DNA from: Macrostomum lignano
Lineage: Eukaryota
Assembly: GCA_002269645.1 (NCBI GenBank)
Contig: NIVC01001564.1
Span: 166,446 to 230,445 of the forward strand
Direction of reading: 5' to 3'
Length of the DNA: 64,000 nt
Part shown: positions 1 to 13,028 of the stretch, one piece after another
Layout of the letters: each line of letters starts with the position of its first letter
Numbering within the stretch: position 1 is the stretch's first letter
Position numbers and translations under genes: made by a program
Notes under the pieces: model-generated
What the model was told of the DNA's origin: nothing
Database searches by the model: none
The model's input: only the letters and a program-made list of their open reading frames with translations

Positions 1-540
1 AGGAGAGGAGAGATGAGAGATGCGATGAGAAAAGAGATGAGTGAGAACATAAGAGAGAAGAGATTAGAGATTAGAGAAGAGAGGGGAGAAGATGAAAGGA
101 GAAAGGAGAGGAGAGAAGAGAGAATGGAGAGGATAGAAAAGAGAGAAGAGAAGAGACAGGGGATAGTGGTAAGGAGGAAAGAAAGATGGGAGACAAGAAA
201 GTAGAGTGTGAGAGCGTATATGAGATATGAGAAATGAGAAGCAGATAGGAGAGAAAAGAGAAGAGAGAGAGGGTTAAGAGAGACGATAGATAAGTAAGGA
301 GAGATGACATATGAGAGAGGAGAGAAGAGGGAGAGATAAGAGAGAAGAGGAGACAGGAGACATAAGTGAAGAGGAGAGATATGAGAGAAGAGAGGAGACA
401 AGAGACAGGAGAGGGTACAAACGAAAGACGAGGGAGAAGAGATAAATAAGGGAGTAGGGGTAGAGATGAGATGAGAGAGAGGAGAGAGAAGAGAGTCACG
501 ATAATAGCGAATAAAAGAGAGAGGAGATATGAGAGACGTG
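1..540. repeat. GA-rich (polypurine) low-complexity tract
   Basis: Plus strand is almost only G and A. The ORFs here (E/R-rich on plus, L/S-rich on minus) are compositional artefacts. Confidence 0.9.
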
Positions 541-702
541 AGAGTCTTTGAGCTATGGTCTTTCAAAGATTTTGTAAAGAATTTGGAGACGATTTGGAAG
601 ATGGGATTCAAGTCATGGAGTTTCAGCTGATGGATTTCAGGGAATGGAATTCCGGTGATGGGAGTTCTTCCCCTTTCTCCTCCGGAGGAGGAGTTCCACT
701 CG

Positions 703-1000
703 TCTACATATAAAAATCAAACTCTGTGTGTCTGTGTGTGTGTGTGTCTGTGTGTGGACAATTTTGATCGCTATGGACTCCCAAACCGCTCAACCAAATT
801 ACACCAAACTTTACACCCACCCTAAACTTACTACGGAGAATGTCTTAGGCTACCTTTTAATTTCCTAAATTTGAGTCTTCCTACCTAAAAGTGCAAAAAA
901 CTGCTCAAAATGCGCAATTTTTTTCACTAAATCTTCCATAGCGCCGCTTCACTTCTACCGATTTGCTTCAAATTTGACGCAGACAATTTTAAACTATTTT
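703..1000 (+). mobile_element. Possible non-autonomous Helitron-like element 5' part (second copy starts at 5722)
   Basis: TCTACATATAAAAAT start, a (TG)n microsatellite, then aaccgctcaaccaaattacaccaaacttt...ggagaatgtcttaggctac. This layout resembles microsatellite-bearing invertebrate Helitron derivatives as I recall them. No 3' hairpin/CTAG end was identified, so the end coordinate is approximate. Confidence 0.35.
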
Positions 1001-1959
1001 GGCACAATCATGTAAAATTTCGAGTCTGAAAGTTAATCCTGAACGGCGCTGTGCACTTTTAAAGTTTGGCTGTTTTTTCAGCGAGGCAGCCACCCCAACC
1101 TCCGCCCGCCTGCCTCTCTTTCCCGATCTGGGCCCAGATGTGTAAAAGGGTTTCAGAATTGACTAACTTTCAGCTGCCATAAGTTTGCTCCAAGTAAAGC
1201 GATTGACTTCAAACTTGACACAATTCTTCATTGACTTATTCTCTGTCTAAATGTAAAGTTTCAACTCTCGAACTCAATCAGAACAGAAACTGTAAACATG
1301 TAAAGTTTGTCTGCTTTTTCTGTTGTTTGTGCCACTCACTCACTCATTCCCCCAGAGCCAGACGAAGGGTCAGGCGATAGGGCTCAATGTACATAGCGAG
1401 TGTACAGTGTTTTGGAATAACTTTTTAATAGCCCTCTCTGTACCCCCGGAGAGGCGTGGAGAGGAGAGACAGTTTAGCGAGAGATTCAAACCACTGTCCT
1501 CTGTATAGACAAGTCTGCAACAGTTTAACTGTGGATGGCAAATTAAGAGTCAAGACAATGTGGGATGGTTTGTAAAAATAGCGAAAAACTAATGAATAAC
1601 TGTTTACAATGCAATCCTACTAAATTAGTTAGTTACACCATGAAGCTTTTAACATTAAGATTCGCATAAGGTAACTTTAAAATTTAAATGGCTTCTAAGA
1701 AATGCGTATTTCCTTGGTTGTTAGACTGCTGTAGAGTTCCAGCTGTGGTGGTGGAGCTGGAGATACACAAATTCCTCTCAGGGCTGCTAATTGGCCAGAA
1801 AGATGCCGTGATTAAAGCATGAGATGAGAAATGATAACAATGATAGTACTATGTCCCACAAACTGGCTTTCAAAGCAGGGATCGGCAGATTTTTACCTGA
1901 ACGGCCAGATAAAGAATCCAACTCATGGCTGCGGGCTAGATGAGAGTGAAAAGGAAAAG

Positions 1960-3760
1960 GAATAGACTATTAGAAAGGGAGGAGGGGCGAGAGGGGGATA
2001 GAGAAAAGATAGAAGATATCAGGAGAGACGAGGGGGTGAGGAGAGAGCAGAGAATATGGGAGGAAGAAGCGAGAGAAGGGGAGAGAGGAGGGAGAGGAAA
2101 GAGTAGAGGTAAGAAGAGGGAGAGAGAAGAATGGAGAGAGGAGACATAATCGATGAGAGAGGAAAGTAGAGAAGAGTGAGAAGAGATGAGGAGAGATTAG
2201 AGAACAGAGAGGCAGATGAGAGAGGATCGAGAGGAGAGATTAGAAAGGATAGAGAAGAGAGGAGATAAGAGGGGGAGAGAGGGGAAGAGAGAGGAGTGAG
2301 AAGAGAGGAGATAAGAGATGAGAGAGTTGAGAAATAAGACAGGAGAAAGGAGAGATGATAGAGTAAAAGGAAGAGGAGGAGAGAGGAAAGAGATTATATT
2401 GCAGAGATGAGGGAGATGAAAGGAAAGATGAGAGAGTAGAGATGGGAGATGAAGGAAGAGAGAGCAGAATACAAAGAGACAAGAGAAGAGAAAAGAGGGG
2501 AGAGAGTATACAAGAGGGAAGAGAAGAGAGGAGTAGGAAAGAGAGGAGTCAGAAGAGGAGAAAGAAAGAGTACACAGGAGATAGGAGAGTAGAGACGATA
2601 GAAGAGAGAGGGTAATGAGAGAGCAAAGATGAGTGTGAACAAAGGATATATGAGAGGAGAGAGGAGAATGGAGAGAGAAGAGAGAAGACAAGAGAGGGAG
2701 AGAGTATTGAAGAGGGAAGAGAAGAGGCGAGAAGAAAGAAGAAAGGAAAGAGAGTCCTGAGTCAAAAAATGGGAAAGAGAAGAATACAAGAGGAGAGAGG
2801 TGAGAGAACATATGAGAGTAAAAACGACAGATGACAGAAGGGAGATGAGATAGCGGAAACGAGAGTCAACAGACGAGAGATGGGAGAGTAGAGAGAAAAG
2901 AGGAGAGATAAGAAATAAGCGATGAGAGGTGGAGACAAGGGAGAGGAGAGATGAGAAGTTAGTGAGGAGAGAGGAGGGGAGGGGAGAGAATCTGAGTGAG
3001 GAGAGAGGATGGGAGGGGAGAGAATCTGAGTCAAAAGAGAGGATGGGAGGGGAGAGAATCTGAGTGAGGAGAGAGGATGGGAGGGGAGAGAATCTGAGTG
3101 AGGAGAGAGGATGGGAGGGGAGAGAATCTGAGTGGGGAGAGAGGATGGGAGGGGAGAGAATCGAGAGGCCAGGGGAAATTGGTGTAAAGGAGAAGATAGG
3201 AGAGGAAAGAGGGGAGAGATTAGAGAGAAGAGAGATGAGAGGAGAGAGAGAAAGGGGGAGAGGAGAGAGAGCAGATAGAAATGAGAAAAGAGAAGACAGA
3301 GAAGATAAAAGAAGAGAAATGAGAGATAAGAGAGGAAAGAAGAGAAAACTGAGAGGTGAGGGAAGAGACGATAGAAGAGATGAGAGGAGAGAGTGGAGAG
3401 AAGAGAGGAAAAAGGAGAGAGGAGAGATGAGGGAAGTGTTGAGAGAGAGTACAGTAAAGAGTGAGAAGAGGGGAGAGGGAACAGAGAGTAGAGAGCAGAG
3501 AGAAGAGAGAGCAGAGAAGAGAGAGTAGAGAGCAGAAAGAAATGAGAAGAGATAAAAGAGGAGAAAGGAGATTTTTGAGATCAAAGACCAGAAAGAAGAG
3601 AGGAGGAGAGAGAAAATAATAGAGGGGAGAGGGAAGAGACGAGAGAAGAGGGGAGAGAGGAGAGAGGAGAGGTGAGAGACGAGAGAGAAGATAGGAAACA
3701 GAAGAGAAGATAGAAGTTTCAAAGGATACAAGGGACATAGGGAGAAGAAGAGGTAGAGGC
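1960..3760. repeat. 1.8-kb polypurine/polypyrimidine tract with an internal ~31-bp repeat (gagagaatctgagtgaggagagaggatggga) at ~2985-3170
   Basis: Near-pure G/A on the plus strand. Duplicated at ~6978-8780. Confidence 0.9.
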
Positions 3761-5610
3761 CAGAGTTTGCTTGACATTCTGGGCAGCACCCCAGCTAATA
3801 ATTTCAATATTTGCCACAAATCCTAATTTTACATGAATGTACTCTATTTTATTTTTAGCTCTATCCTAAATTACTAACTATTAATAGTTTTTGTTTAAGT
3901 ATGACTTCCAATTGTAGAATACACGCAAAAATAGTTCCGGGGATTGGAGTTCCCCGGGTTCAAAATCCGCGGGTTTCAACAGCTTGTCACATCTATAAGT
4001 TTAAAAATTTTCAAAACCACTTGACCTTTGTAATAATAACACTTCACTATTGGTGATTTTGCCTGTCTCTTTGTCTTACCATACTATCAATTTGTATAAA
4101 AATAGGCAGGAAAAGCAGGAAAAGGCAGGAAAATAGGGTAGCACTTAGTGAGTGGGCTCAAAAGACGCGGGGCATTGGAGCGCTACAATGATCCGAAATG
4201 GATTCTTTGATTGCACTTTAACTTGCTAACTTAAACTACAAAAAATGTGTTTTTTTGAGGTTGAAAAATTGGCATTTTTTTAACTTTGCCTCACTGCAAC
4301 GAAAAAGGACACACAATAGCGCAGCCTTTGAGCTGCTGCCTAATGTCAACAACACCTGAGGCTGTTTGATGCACTAGTTTTTTGGGATAAAATGTACTTT
4401 TGACATGGCTGCCTATCTGCACTTCTGAATTTTTTGTGCACTTTTGAGGGGGCTATTGCATCAAGATGAAAATTTTTTTTAGATTTTTTTCACCAAATCA
4501 CTCAATTGGATGTCAACACGTTGTCTATTTGGAAACACCAAGATCTAGCCAATTGGGCCATTAATAACTTGCCCAGGTACCAAAAAGTGCCTAAAAACGT
4601 CAGTTTTAAAAAATTGCATCACATTTTTAAAAAGTACTCTCCAAAGTTAATAAAGTGTTTTACACTACGATTTTGAGACTTTAACACAAAGTGTCAAACC
4701 TATGGAAATTTGTTTTCCTAGATTTTCTAAGCATTTGGACCTACCTGTGCTTAGCAGTGACCTGGAAACCAGGGAAAAAAGAGGCTGGGGGCTTTGCTGA
4801 AAATTAGATGTTGTTAAGGTGAATGAAAATTTAAAAAAGGGCGAATTTTTTCGAGTGTAGTGTCAAATTGTAGCTCATCGAATGCCTGTTTGATTGATGT
4901 AAGACACTCTGGAAAAACCCTGTTAACAGATACTTTTTACCTATTAATTAAAAATGGCTATTTTGGGGGTACAAACTTTGAAATAAAAAAATAAGAATTT
5001 TTGCACACTGATTTTTCTGCATTTTCAATATTGTTTAGCCAAATAGCTGAAGTTACACCGGTCATACACTAATATGGATGGAAAATTTGTATTTTTGAGA
5101 AAATTGCCTTTGAATTTTGAGAAGGCCACTTTTAAGCAAATTTTGAGTATACTTTTGCTAATAACTCTGCATTGGCAAGGCCTAGAAACTCAAGTTTGGT
5201 GTCTAGAATTACTAGAAATAGCACTATGGATGCACTATGCAAATAAATTAGTTTTGAAAACTAATTTTTAGGTTAACAGGTCTTAATACCTGTTTGAATA
5301 CCTGTAGGAACAGGTGAAAATGCATATTTTGGTGCCTAGCAGCCACAAAAATTGTTAATATAGTTTTAAAATGCATTAGATAGATGTACCTTGATGTTGT
5401 GATTGTAACAACAAGTGACTTGCATTTGTAGATAAAGGCGTTGCGATGCAGTGAGCAGAAATGCATGAAAAAGCAGCAAAAATTGTAGAAATGGCTCTTA
5501 TTAGCAATAATCAATATAGTGTATGTACCGTGGGCCTCTTTCATAAGCAAATCATAACTTAGTGGCTATGTCAACTGCCTTGAAATTGTGTTTAGCAAGG
5601 TGTGTTTAGC

Positions 5611-8600
5611 ATTTGGAAGATGGGATTCAAGTCATGGAGTTTCAGCTGATGGATTTCAGGGAATGGAATTCCGGTGATGGGAGTTCTTCCCCTTTCTCCT
5701 CCGGAGGAGGAGTTCCACTCGTCTACATATAAAAATCAAACTCTGTGTGTCTGTGTGTGTGTGTGTCTGTGTGTGGACAATTTTGATCGCTATGGACTCC
5801 CAAACCGCTCAACCAAATTACACCAAACTTTACACCCACCCTAAACTTACTACGGAGAATGTCTTAGGCTACCTTTTAATTTCCTAAATTTGAGTCTTCC
5901 TACCTAAAAGTGCAAAAAACTGCTCAAAATGCGCAATTTTTTTCACTAAATCTTCCATAGCGCCGCTTCACTTCTACCGATTTGCTTCAAATTTGACGCA
6001 GACAATTTTAAACTATTTTGGCACAATCATGTAAAATTTCGAGTCTGAAAGTTAATCCTGAACGGCGCTGTGCACTTTTAAAGTTTGGCTGTTTTTTCAG
6101 CGAGGCAGCCACCCCAACCTCCGCCCGCCTGCCTCTCTTTCCCGATCTGGGCCCAGATGTGTAAAAGGGTTTCAGAATTGACTAACTTTCAGCTGCCATA
6201 AGTTTGCTCCAAGTAAAGCGATTGACTTCAAACTTGACACAATTCTTCATTGACTTATTCTCTGTCTAAATGTAAAGTTTCAACTCTCGAACTCAATCAG
6301 AACAGAAACTGTAAACATGTAAAGTTTGTCTGCTTTTTCTGTTGTTTGTGCCACTCACTCACTCATTCCCCAGAGCCAGACGAAGGGTCAGGCGATAGGG
6401 CTCAATGTACATAGCGAGTGTACAGTGTTTTGGAATAACTTTTTAATAGCCCTCTCTGTACCCCCGGAGAGGCGTGGAGAGGAGAGACAGTTTAGCGAGA
6501 GATTCAAACCACTGTCCTCTGTATAGACAAGTCTGCAACAGTTTAACTGTGGATGGCAAATTAAGAGTCAAGACAATGTGGGATGGTTTGTAAAAATAGC
6601 GAAAAACTAATGAATAACTGTTTACAATGCAATCCTACTAAATTAGTTAGTTACACCATGAAGCTTTTAACATTAAGATTCGCATAAGGTAACTTTAAAA
6701 TTTAAATGGCTTCTAAGAAATGCGTATTTCCTTGGTTGTTAGACTGCTGTAGAGTTCCAGCTGTGGTGGTGGAGCTGGAGATACACAAATTCCTCTCAGG
6801 GCTGCTAATTGGCCAGAAAGATGCCGTGATTAAAGCATGAGATGAGAAATGATAACAATGATAGTACTATGTCCCACAAACTGGCTTTCAAAGCAGGGAT
6901 CGGCAGATTTTTACCTGAACGGCCAGATAAAGAATCCAACTCATGGCTGCGGGCTAGATGAGAGTGAAAAGGAAAAGGAATAGACTATTAGAAAGGGAGG
7001 AGGGGCGAGAGGGGGATAGAGAAAAGATAGAAGATATCAGGAGAGACGAGGGGGTGAGGAGAGAGCAGAGAATATGGGAGGAAGAAGCGAGAGAAGGGGA
7101 GAGAGGAGGGAGAGGAAAGAGTAGAGGTAAGAAGAGGGAGAGAGAAGAATGGAGAGAGGAGACATAATCGATGAGAGAGGAAAGTAGAGAAGAGTGAGAA
7201 GAGATGAGGAGAGATTAGAGAACAGAGAGGCAGATGAGAGAGGATCGAGAGGAGAGATTAGAAAGGATAGAGAAGAGAGGAGATAAGAGGGGGAGAGAGG
7301 GGAAGAGAGAGGAGTGAGAAGAGAGGAGATAAGAGATGAGAGAGTTGAGAAATAAGACAGGAGAAAGGAGAGATGATAGAGTAAAAGGAAGAGGAGGAGA
7401 GAGGAAAGAGATTATATTGCAGAGATGAGGGAGATGAAAGGAAAAATGAGAGAGTAGCGATGGGAGATGAAGGAAGAGAGAGCAGAATACAGAGAGACAA
7501 GAGAAGAGAAAAGAGGGGAGAGAGTATACAAGAGGGAAGAGAAGAGAGGAGTAGGAAAGAGAGGAGTCAGAAGAGGAGAAAGAAAGAGTACACAGGAGAT
7601 AGGAGAGTAGAGACGATAGAAGAGAGAGGGGAATGAGAGAGCAAAGATGAGTGTGAACAAAGGATATATGAGAGGAGAGAGGAGAATGGAGAGAGAAGAG
7701 AGAAGACAAGAGAGGGAGAGAGTATTGAAGAGGGAAGAGAAGAGGCGAGAAGAAAGAAGAAAGGAAAGAGAGTCCTGAGTCAAAAAATGGGAAAGAGAAG
7801 AATACAAGAGGAGAGAGGTGAGAGAACATATGAGAGTAAAAACGACAGATGACAGAAGGGAGATGAGATAGCGGAAACGAGAGTCAACAGACGAGAGATG
7901 GGAGAGTAGAGAGAAAAGAGGAGAGATAAGAAATAAGCGATGAGAGGTGGAGACAAGGGAGAGGAGAGATGAGAAGTTAGTGAGGAGAGAGGAGGGGAGG
8001 GGAGAGAATCTGAGTGAGGAGAGAGGATGGGAGGGGAGAGAATCTGAGTGAGGAGAGAGGATGGGAGGGGAGAGAATCTGAGTGAGGAGAGAGGATGGGA
8101 GGGGAGAGAATCTGAGTGAGGAGAGAGGATGGGAGGGGAGAGAATCTGAGTGGGGAGAGAGGATGGGAGGGGAGAGAATCGAGAGGCCAGGGGAAATTGG
8201 TGTAAAGGAGAAGATAGGAGAGGAAAGAGGGGAGAGATTAGAGAGAAGAGAGATGAGAGGAGAGAGAGAAAGGGGGAGAGGAGAGAGAGCAGATAGAAAT
8301 GAGAAAAGAGAAGACAGAGAAGATAAAAGAAGAGAAATGAGAGATAAGAGAGGAAAGAAGAGAAAACTGAGAGGTGAGGGAAGAGACGATAGAAGAGATG
8401 AGAGGAGAGAGTGGAGAGAAGAGAGGAAAAAGGAGAGAGGAGAGATGAGGGAAGTGTTGAGAGAGAGTACAGTAAAGAGTGAGAAGAGGGGAGAGGGAAC
8501 AGAGAGTAGAGAGCAGAGAGAAGAGAGAGCAGAGAAGAGAGAGTAGAGAGCAGAAAGAAATGAGAAGAGATAAAAGAGGAGAAAGGAGATTTTTGAGATC

Positions 8601-10618
8601 AAAGACCAGAAAGAAGAGAGGAGGAGAGAGAAAATAATAGAGGGGAGAGGGAAGAGACGAGAGAAGAGGGGAGAGAGGAGAGAGGAGAGGTGAGAGACGA
8701 GAGAGAAGATAGGAAACAGAAGAGAAGATAGAAGTTTCAAAGGATACAAGGGACATAGGGAGAAGCAGAGGTAGAGGCCAGAGTTTGCTTGACATTCTGG
8801 GCAGCACCCCAGCTAATAATTTCAATATTTGCCACAAATCCTAATTTTACATGAATGTACTCTATTTTATTTTTAGCTCTATCCTAAATTACTAACTATT
8901 AATAGTTTTTGTTTAAGTATGACTTCCAATTGTAGAATACACGCAAAAATAGTTCCGGGGATTGGAGTTCCCCGGGTTCAAAATCCGCGGGTTTCAACAG
9001 CTTGTCACATCTATAAGTTTAAAAATTTTCAAAACCACTTGACCTTTGTAATAATAACACTTCACTATTGGTGATTTTGCCTGTCTCTTTGTCTTACCAT
9101 ACTATCAATTTGTATAAAAATAGGCAGGAAAAGCAGGAAAAGGCAGGAAAATAGGGTAGCACTTAGTGAGTGGGCTCAAAAGACGCGGGGCATTGGAGCG
9201 CTACAATGATCCGAAATGGATTCTTTGATTGCACTTTAACTTGCTAACTTAAACTACAAAAAATGTGTTTTTTTGAGGTTGAAAAATTGGCATTTTTTTA
9301 ACTTTGCCTCACTGCAACGAAAAAGGACACACAATAGCGCAGCCTTTGAGCTGCTGCCTAATGTCAACAACACCTGAGGCTGTTTGATGCACTAGTTTTT
9401 TGGGATAAAATGTACTTTTGACATGGCTGCCTATCTGCACTTCTGAATTTTTTGTGCACTTTTGAGGGGGCTATTGCATCAAGATGAAAATTTTTTTTAG
9501 ATTTTTTTCACCAAATCACTCAATTGGATGTCAACACGTTGTCTATTTGGAAACACCAAGATCTAGCCAATTGGGCCATTAATAACTTGCCCAGGTACCA
9601 AAAAGTGCCTAAAAACGTCAGTTTTAAAAAATTGCATCACATTTTTAAAAAGTACTCTCCAAAGTTAATAAAGTGTTTTACACTACGATTTTGAGACTTT
9701 AACACAAAGTGTCAAACCTATGGAAATTTGTTTTCCTAGATTTTCTAAGCATTTGGACCTACCTGTGCTTAGCAGTGACCTGGAAACCAGGGAAAAAAGA
9801 GGCTGGGGGCTTTGCTGAAAATTAGATGTTGTTAAGGTGAATGAAAATTTAAAAAAGGGCGAATTTTTTCGAGTGTAGTGTCAAATTGTAGCTCATCGAA
9901 TGCCTGTTTGATTGATGTAAGACACTCTGGAAAAACCCTGTTAACAGATACTTTTTACCTATTAATTAAAAATGGCTATTTTGGGGGTACAAACTTTGAA
10001 ATAAAAAAATAAGAATTTTGCACACTGATTTTTCTGCATTTTCAATATTGTTTAGCCAAATAGCTGAAGTTACACCGGTCATACACTAATATGGATGGAA
10101 AATTTGTATTTTTGAGAAAATTGCCTTTGAATTTTGAGAAGGCCACTTTTAAGCAAATTTTGAGTATACTTTTGCTAATAACTCTGCATTGGCAAGGCCT
10201 AGAAACTCAAGTTTGGTGTCTAGAATTACTAGAAATAGCACTATGGATGCACTATGCAAATAAATTAGTTTTGAAAACTAATTTTTAGGTTAACAGGTCT
10301 TAATACCTGTTTGAATACCTGTAGGAACAGGTGAAAATGCATATTTTGGTGCCTAGCAGCCACAAAAATTGTTAATATAGTTTTAAAATGCATTAGATAG
10401 ATGTACCTTGATGTTGTGATTGTAACAACAAGTGACTTGCATTTGTAGATAAAGGCGTTGCGATGCAGTGAGCAGAAATGCATGAAAAAGCAGCAAAAAT
10501 TGTAGAAATGGCTCTTATTAGCAATAATCAATATAGTGTATGTACCGTGGGCCTCTTTCATAAGCAAATCATAACTTAGTGGCTATGTCAACTGCCTTGA
10601 AATTGTGTTTAGCAAGGT
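5611..10618 (+). repeat. ~5.02-kb tandem segmental duplication, copy 2
   Basis: Starts atttggaagatgg at 5611 and ends agcaaggt at 10618. Differences from copy 1 seen by eye are about 8 substitutions and two 1-bp deletions. Confidence 0.97.
6978..8780. repeat. 1.8-kb polypurine tract (copy inside the duplication)
   Basis: Copy of 1960-3760. Confidence 0.9.
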
Positions 10619-10749
10619 TCAAATCCAAAATAGTCTGTTTTTTTATTTTATGTTTTTAGTGAACATAAATTTTTTGCACTTTTAACTTTAAAGTTTTATT
10701 TTAAGTGTTATATAAAGTTATAATTTTATATAAAGTTAGTCTACTAGAC

Positions 10750-11340
10750 TTACTAATGCCAGGGGTATAGGGGGCAGCAAGACTGCCACTAGCCTTATGG
10801 AAGCCAAGGGTGTGGGGGGCAGCAATCCTCCCACTATAGCCTCACTAATGCTAGGGGTATAGGGGGCAGTGAGCCCCTTATTAGCCTTACTAATGCCAGG
10901 GGTGTGGGGGTGGTGAGCCTCCACTATAGCCTTACTAATGCCAGGGGTATGAGGATGGCAAGCCCCCTACTAGCCTTAGTAATGGCAGGGGTGTGGGGGG
11001 GGCAGCAAGCCCCCCGCTAGCCCTTCAAAAGCCAGAGGTGTAGGGGTGGCAAGCCCCTCCACTAGCCTTATGGAAGCCAGGGGTATGGGAGGTGGTGAGC
11101 CTCCCACTATAGCTTTATTAATGCCAGGGGTGTGGGGGACAGCAATCCCCCCCCACTATGGTCTCACTAATGCCCCAAGGGTATGGGGATGGGGGGCGGC
11201 AAGCCCCCCACTATAGCCTTACTAATGCCAGGAATAAAGGGGATGGTGAGCCCCCTACTAGCCTTACCAACACCAGGGGTGTGGGGGGTGATGAGCCTCC
11301 CACTAGCCTTACAAAAGCCAAGGGTGTGAAATCAGCTAGC
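10750..11340. repeat. Degenerate ~44-46-bp tandem array with a G-run/C-run hairpin in each unit
   Basis: Unit approximately ccactatagccttactaatgccaggggtgtggggggcagcaagccc, about 13 diverged copies. Confidence 0.8.
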
Positions 11341-12786
11341 CCCCCCCTCCCCCTACTTGTGGCCTTTTTTACCCAACTGCAAAGTCAAACAGGTGAGCAT
11401 ATAATAACTGAATATAGCTTTGTAGTTTGTTTTTAATTTAGGCCATAAAAGATAAAACATAATATAACCATTGTATTACCTTTGAAGACAATAGCGTCTT
11501 CATTCACTAGTTTTTTATCTTGGCTTACTAACTGGACTTAAGTTAAGAGTCAGAAGACAGAAGTTTATGCAGTATATACTATTGAGAAGTGAAAGTAGTA
11601 AGAGAATACAAAGTAGATCCTAAATCGATACATGTAAGAATAACCAAAGGCCGTGACCCCTCTGATCTTGGTAATGCCTAGGATTAGAAGTATATCCCAT
11701 ACATCTACCAGTAAACCAATATACTACTCAGGCCAGAATAATAGTAGAACACTATTATAATAGTAGAACGCAACTTATATACTAAGAATAATACTCAGAC
11801 AACTACTCAAACTCTAAACAAAGTTTTAACAAAGTTAAATAAAGTTAAAAAGTTTGTTATGTCATATTTAGTTGAACTAGACATTGTATTAGTGTGTCAC
11901 CCAGAAAAGTATATAGTAGTCTAACATTATAGTAATATGCCACCAAAAGTATGTTGCTTTTCTATGTAGGTAGATATCAAATAGGGCCCTAGATGTTCTC
12001 TCAGAATCCTAGTCCTTTCAACTCAGTCCCTTTTAAAAAACAGAGAGCGATTGCTGGTTTTTGCCATAGATATAGCTTAAAGGCCATAGACATAGCCTTT
12101 AGCTATCTCAAACTAGTAACTATAGTCAGTGGGTTTATTTTTTGTATGCCAAGTGTGCATATGCACCCTAAATTTTAAAATCACACTTTGAAATTGAAAA
12201 GTGAGTGCAGTTTAGGTGCCGTCTTATAACTTATTTTTCTATTAAAGCCATATTCATATTGCCTTAAAATAAGAATAAGAGAAATTGCACTTTGAGCCTT
12301 AAAATTGCATTATAAAAGAGAGCATAAGGTGTGATTTTGCACTTTGTCTCTAGCAAAAAAGAAAACACTGACTATAGTATAGAAATAAAATTAACATTTG
12401 TTTGCCATGTAATTGCCACATCTTATATTTGCATGAGTTCAAATATTTACTCAAGGTAACTAACAAAGTTGCTATTTTTCTAAAAATAATTAAGGGCAAG
12501 GCTAAGAGTCCAAAACTAGAGGATTGCCCAATTATGAATATAATCATTTTAACCACACATGTGCAACCCCCCTGATTTACACTGGCCATGCGACTTATTT
12601 TTTGACCAAAAATGCAACTTACCCGTGAAAGAAACCCTAATGCAATTTTGGGTAAACTGCAGGAGTTACTATGATTATATACATGCGCAACAGTCGGCCA
12701 AGTTGGCCCTTGGCCGATCTGGCTGACCAATTTGGCAGCCAACCATGGAAGTTGCAAAAATGCCCACCTGAAAAACACCAAGTAGT

Positions 12787-13020
12787 AGCACTAAGTAGCT
12801 GACGAGGCATTTTGGTTTATAAGACAGTTATAGTTACTCCTGCCGTTTACCCAAAGTTGCGTTAATTTCGTTTTACATGTATTGTAAGTCGCATTCTTGG
12901 CCAACAAATACATTGCATTTTTGTGAAACCTAAGTTGCACGGCCAACCGAATTTTGGAGGTTGCGCATGTATGTATGATTATCTTATAAGGGCTAAATGC
13001 CTCGTCATCTAATTAGTACT
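12787..13020. mobile_element. Small inverted-repeat (MITE-like) element
   Basis: 12787-12812 agcactaagtagctgacgaggcattt matches the reverse complement of 12995-13020 at 23/26 positions. No TSD confirmed. Confidence 0.5.
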
Positions 13021-13028
13021 ATGTCTGT

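Larger units (their letters stand above)
592..5601 (+). repeat. ~5.02-kb tandem segmental duplication, copy 1
   Basis: Starts atttggaagatgggattc at 592 and ends ...gtgtttagcaaggt at 5601. The same sequence recurs at an offset of 5017-5019, and the ORF track is duplicated (1940/6958, 2394/7412, 5074/10091). Confidence 0.97.

Noticed and set aside
13-8837. Long L/S/P-rich and E/R-rich ORFs (up to 445 aa)
   Set aside because: They are translations of polypurine/polypyrimidine tracts, which lack stop codons by composition. No domain signal.
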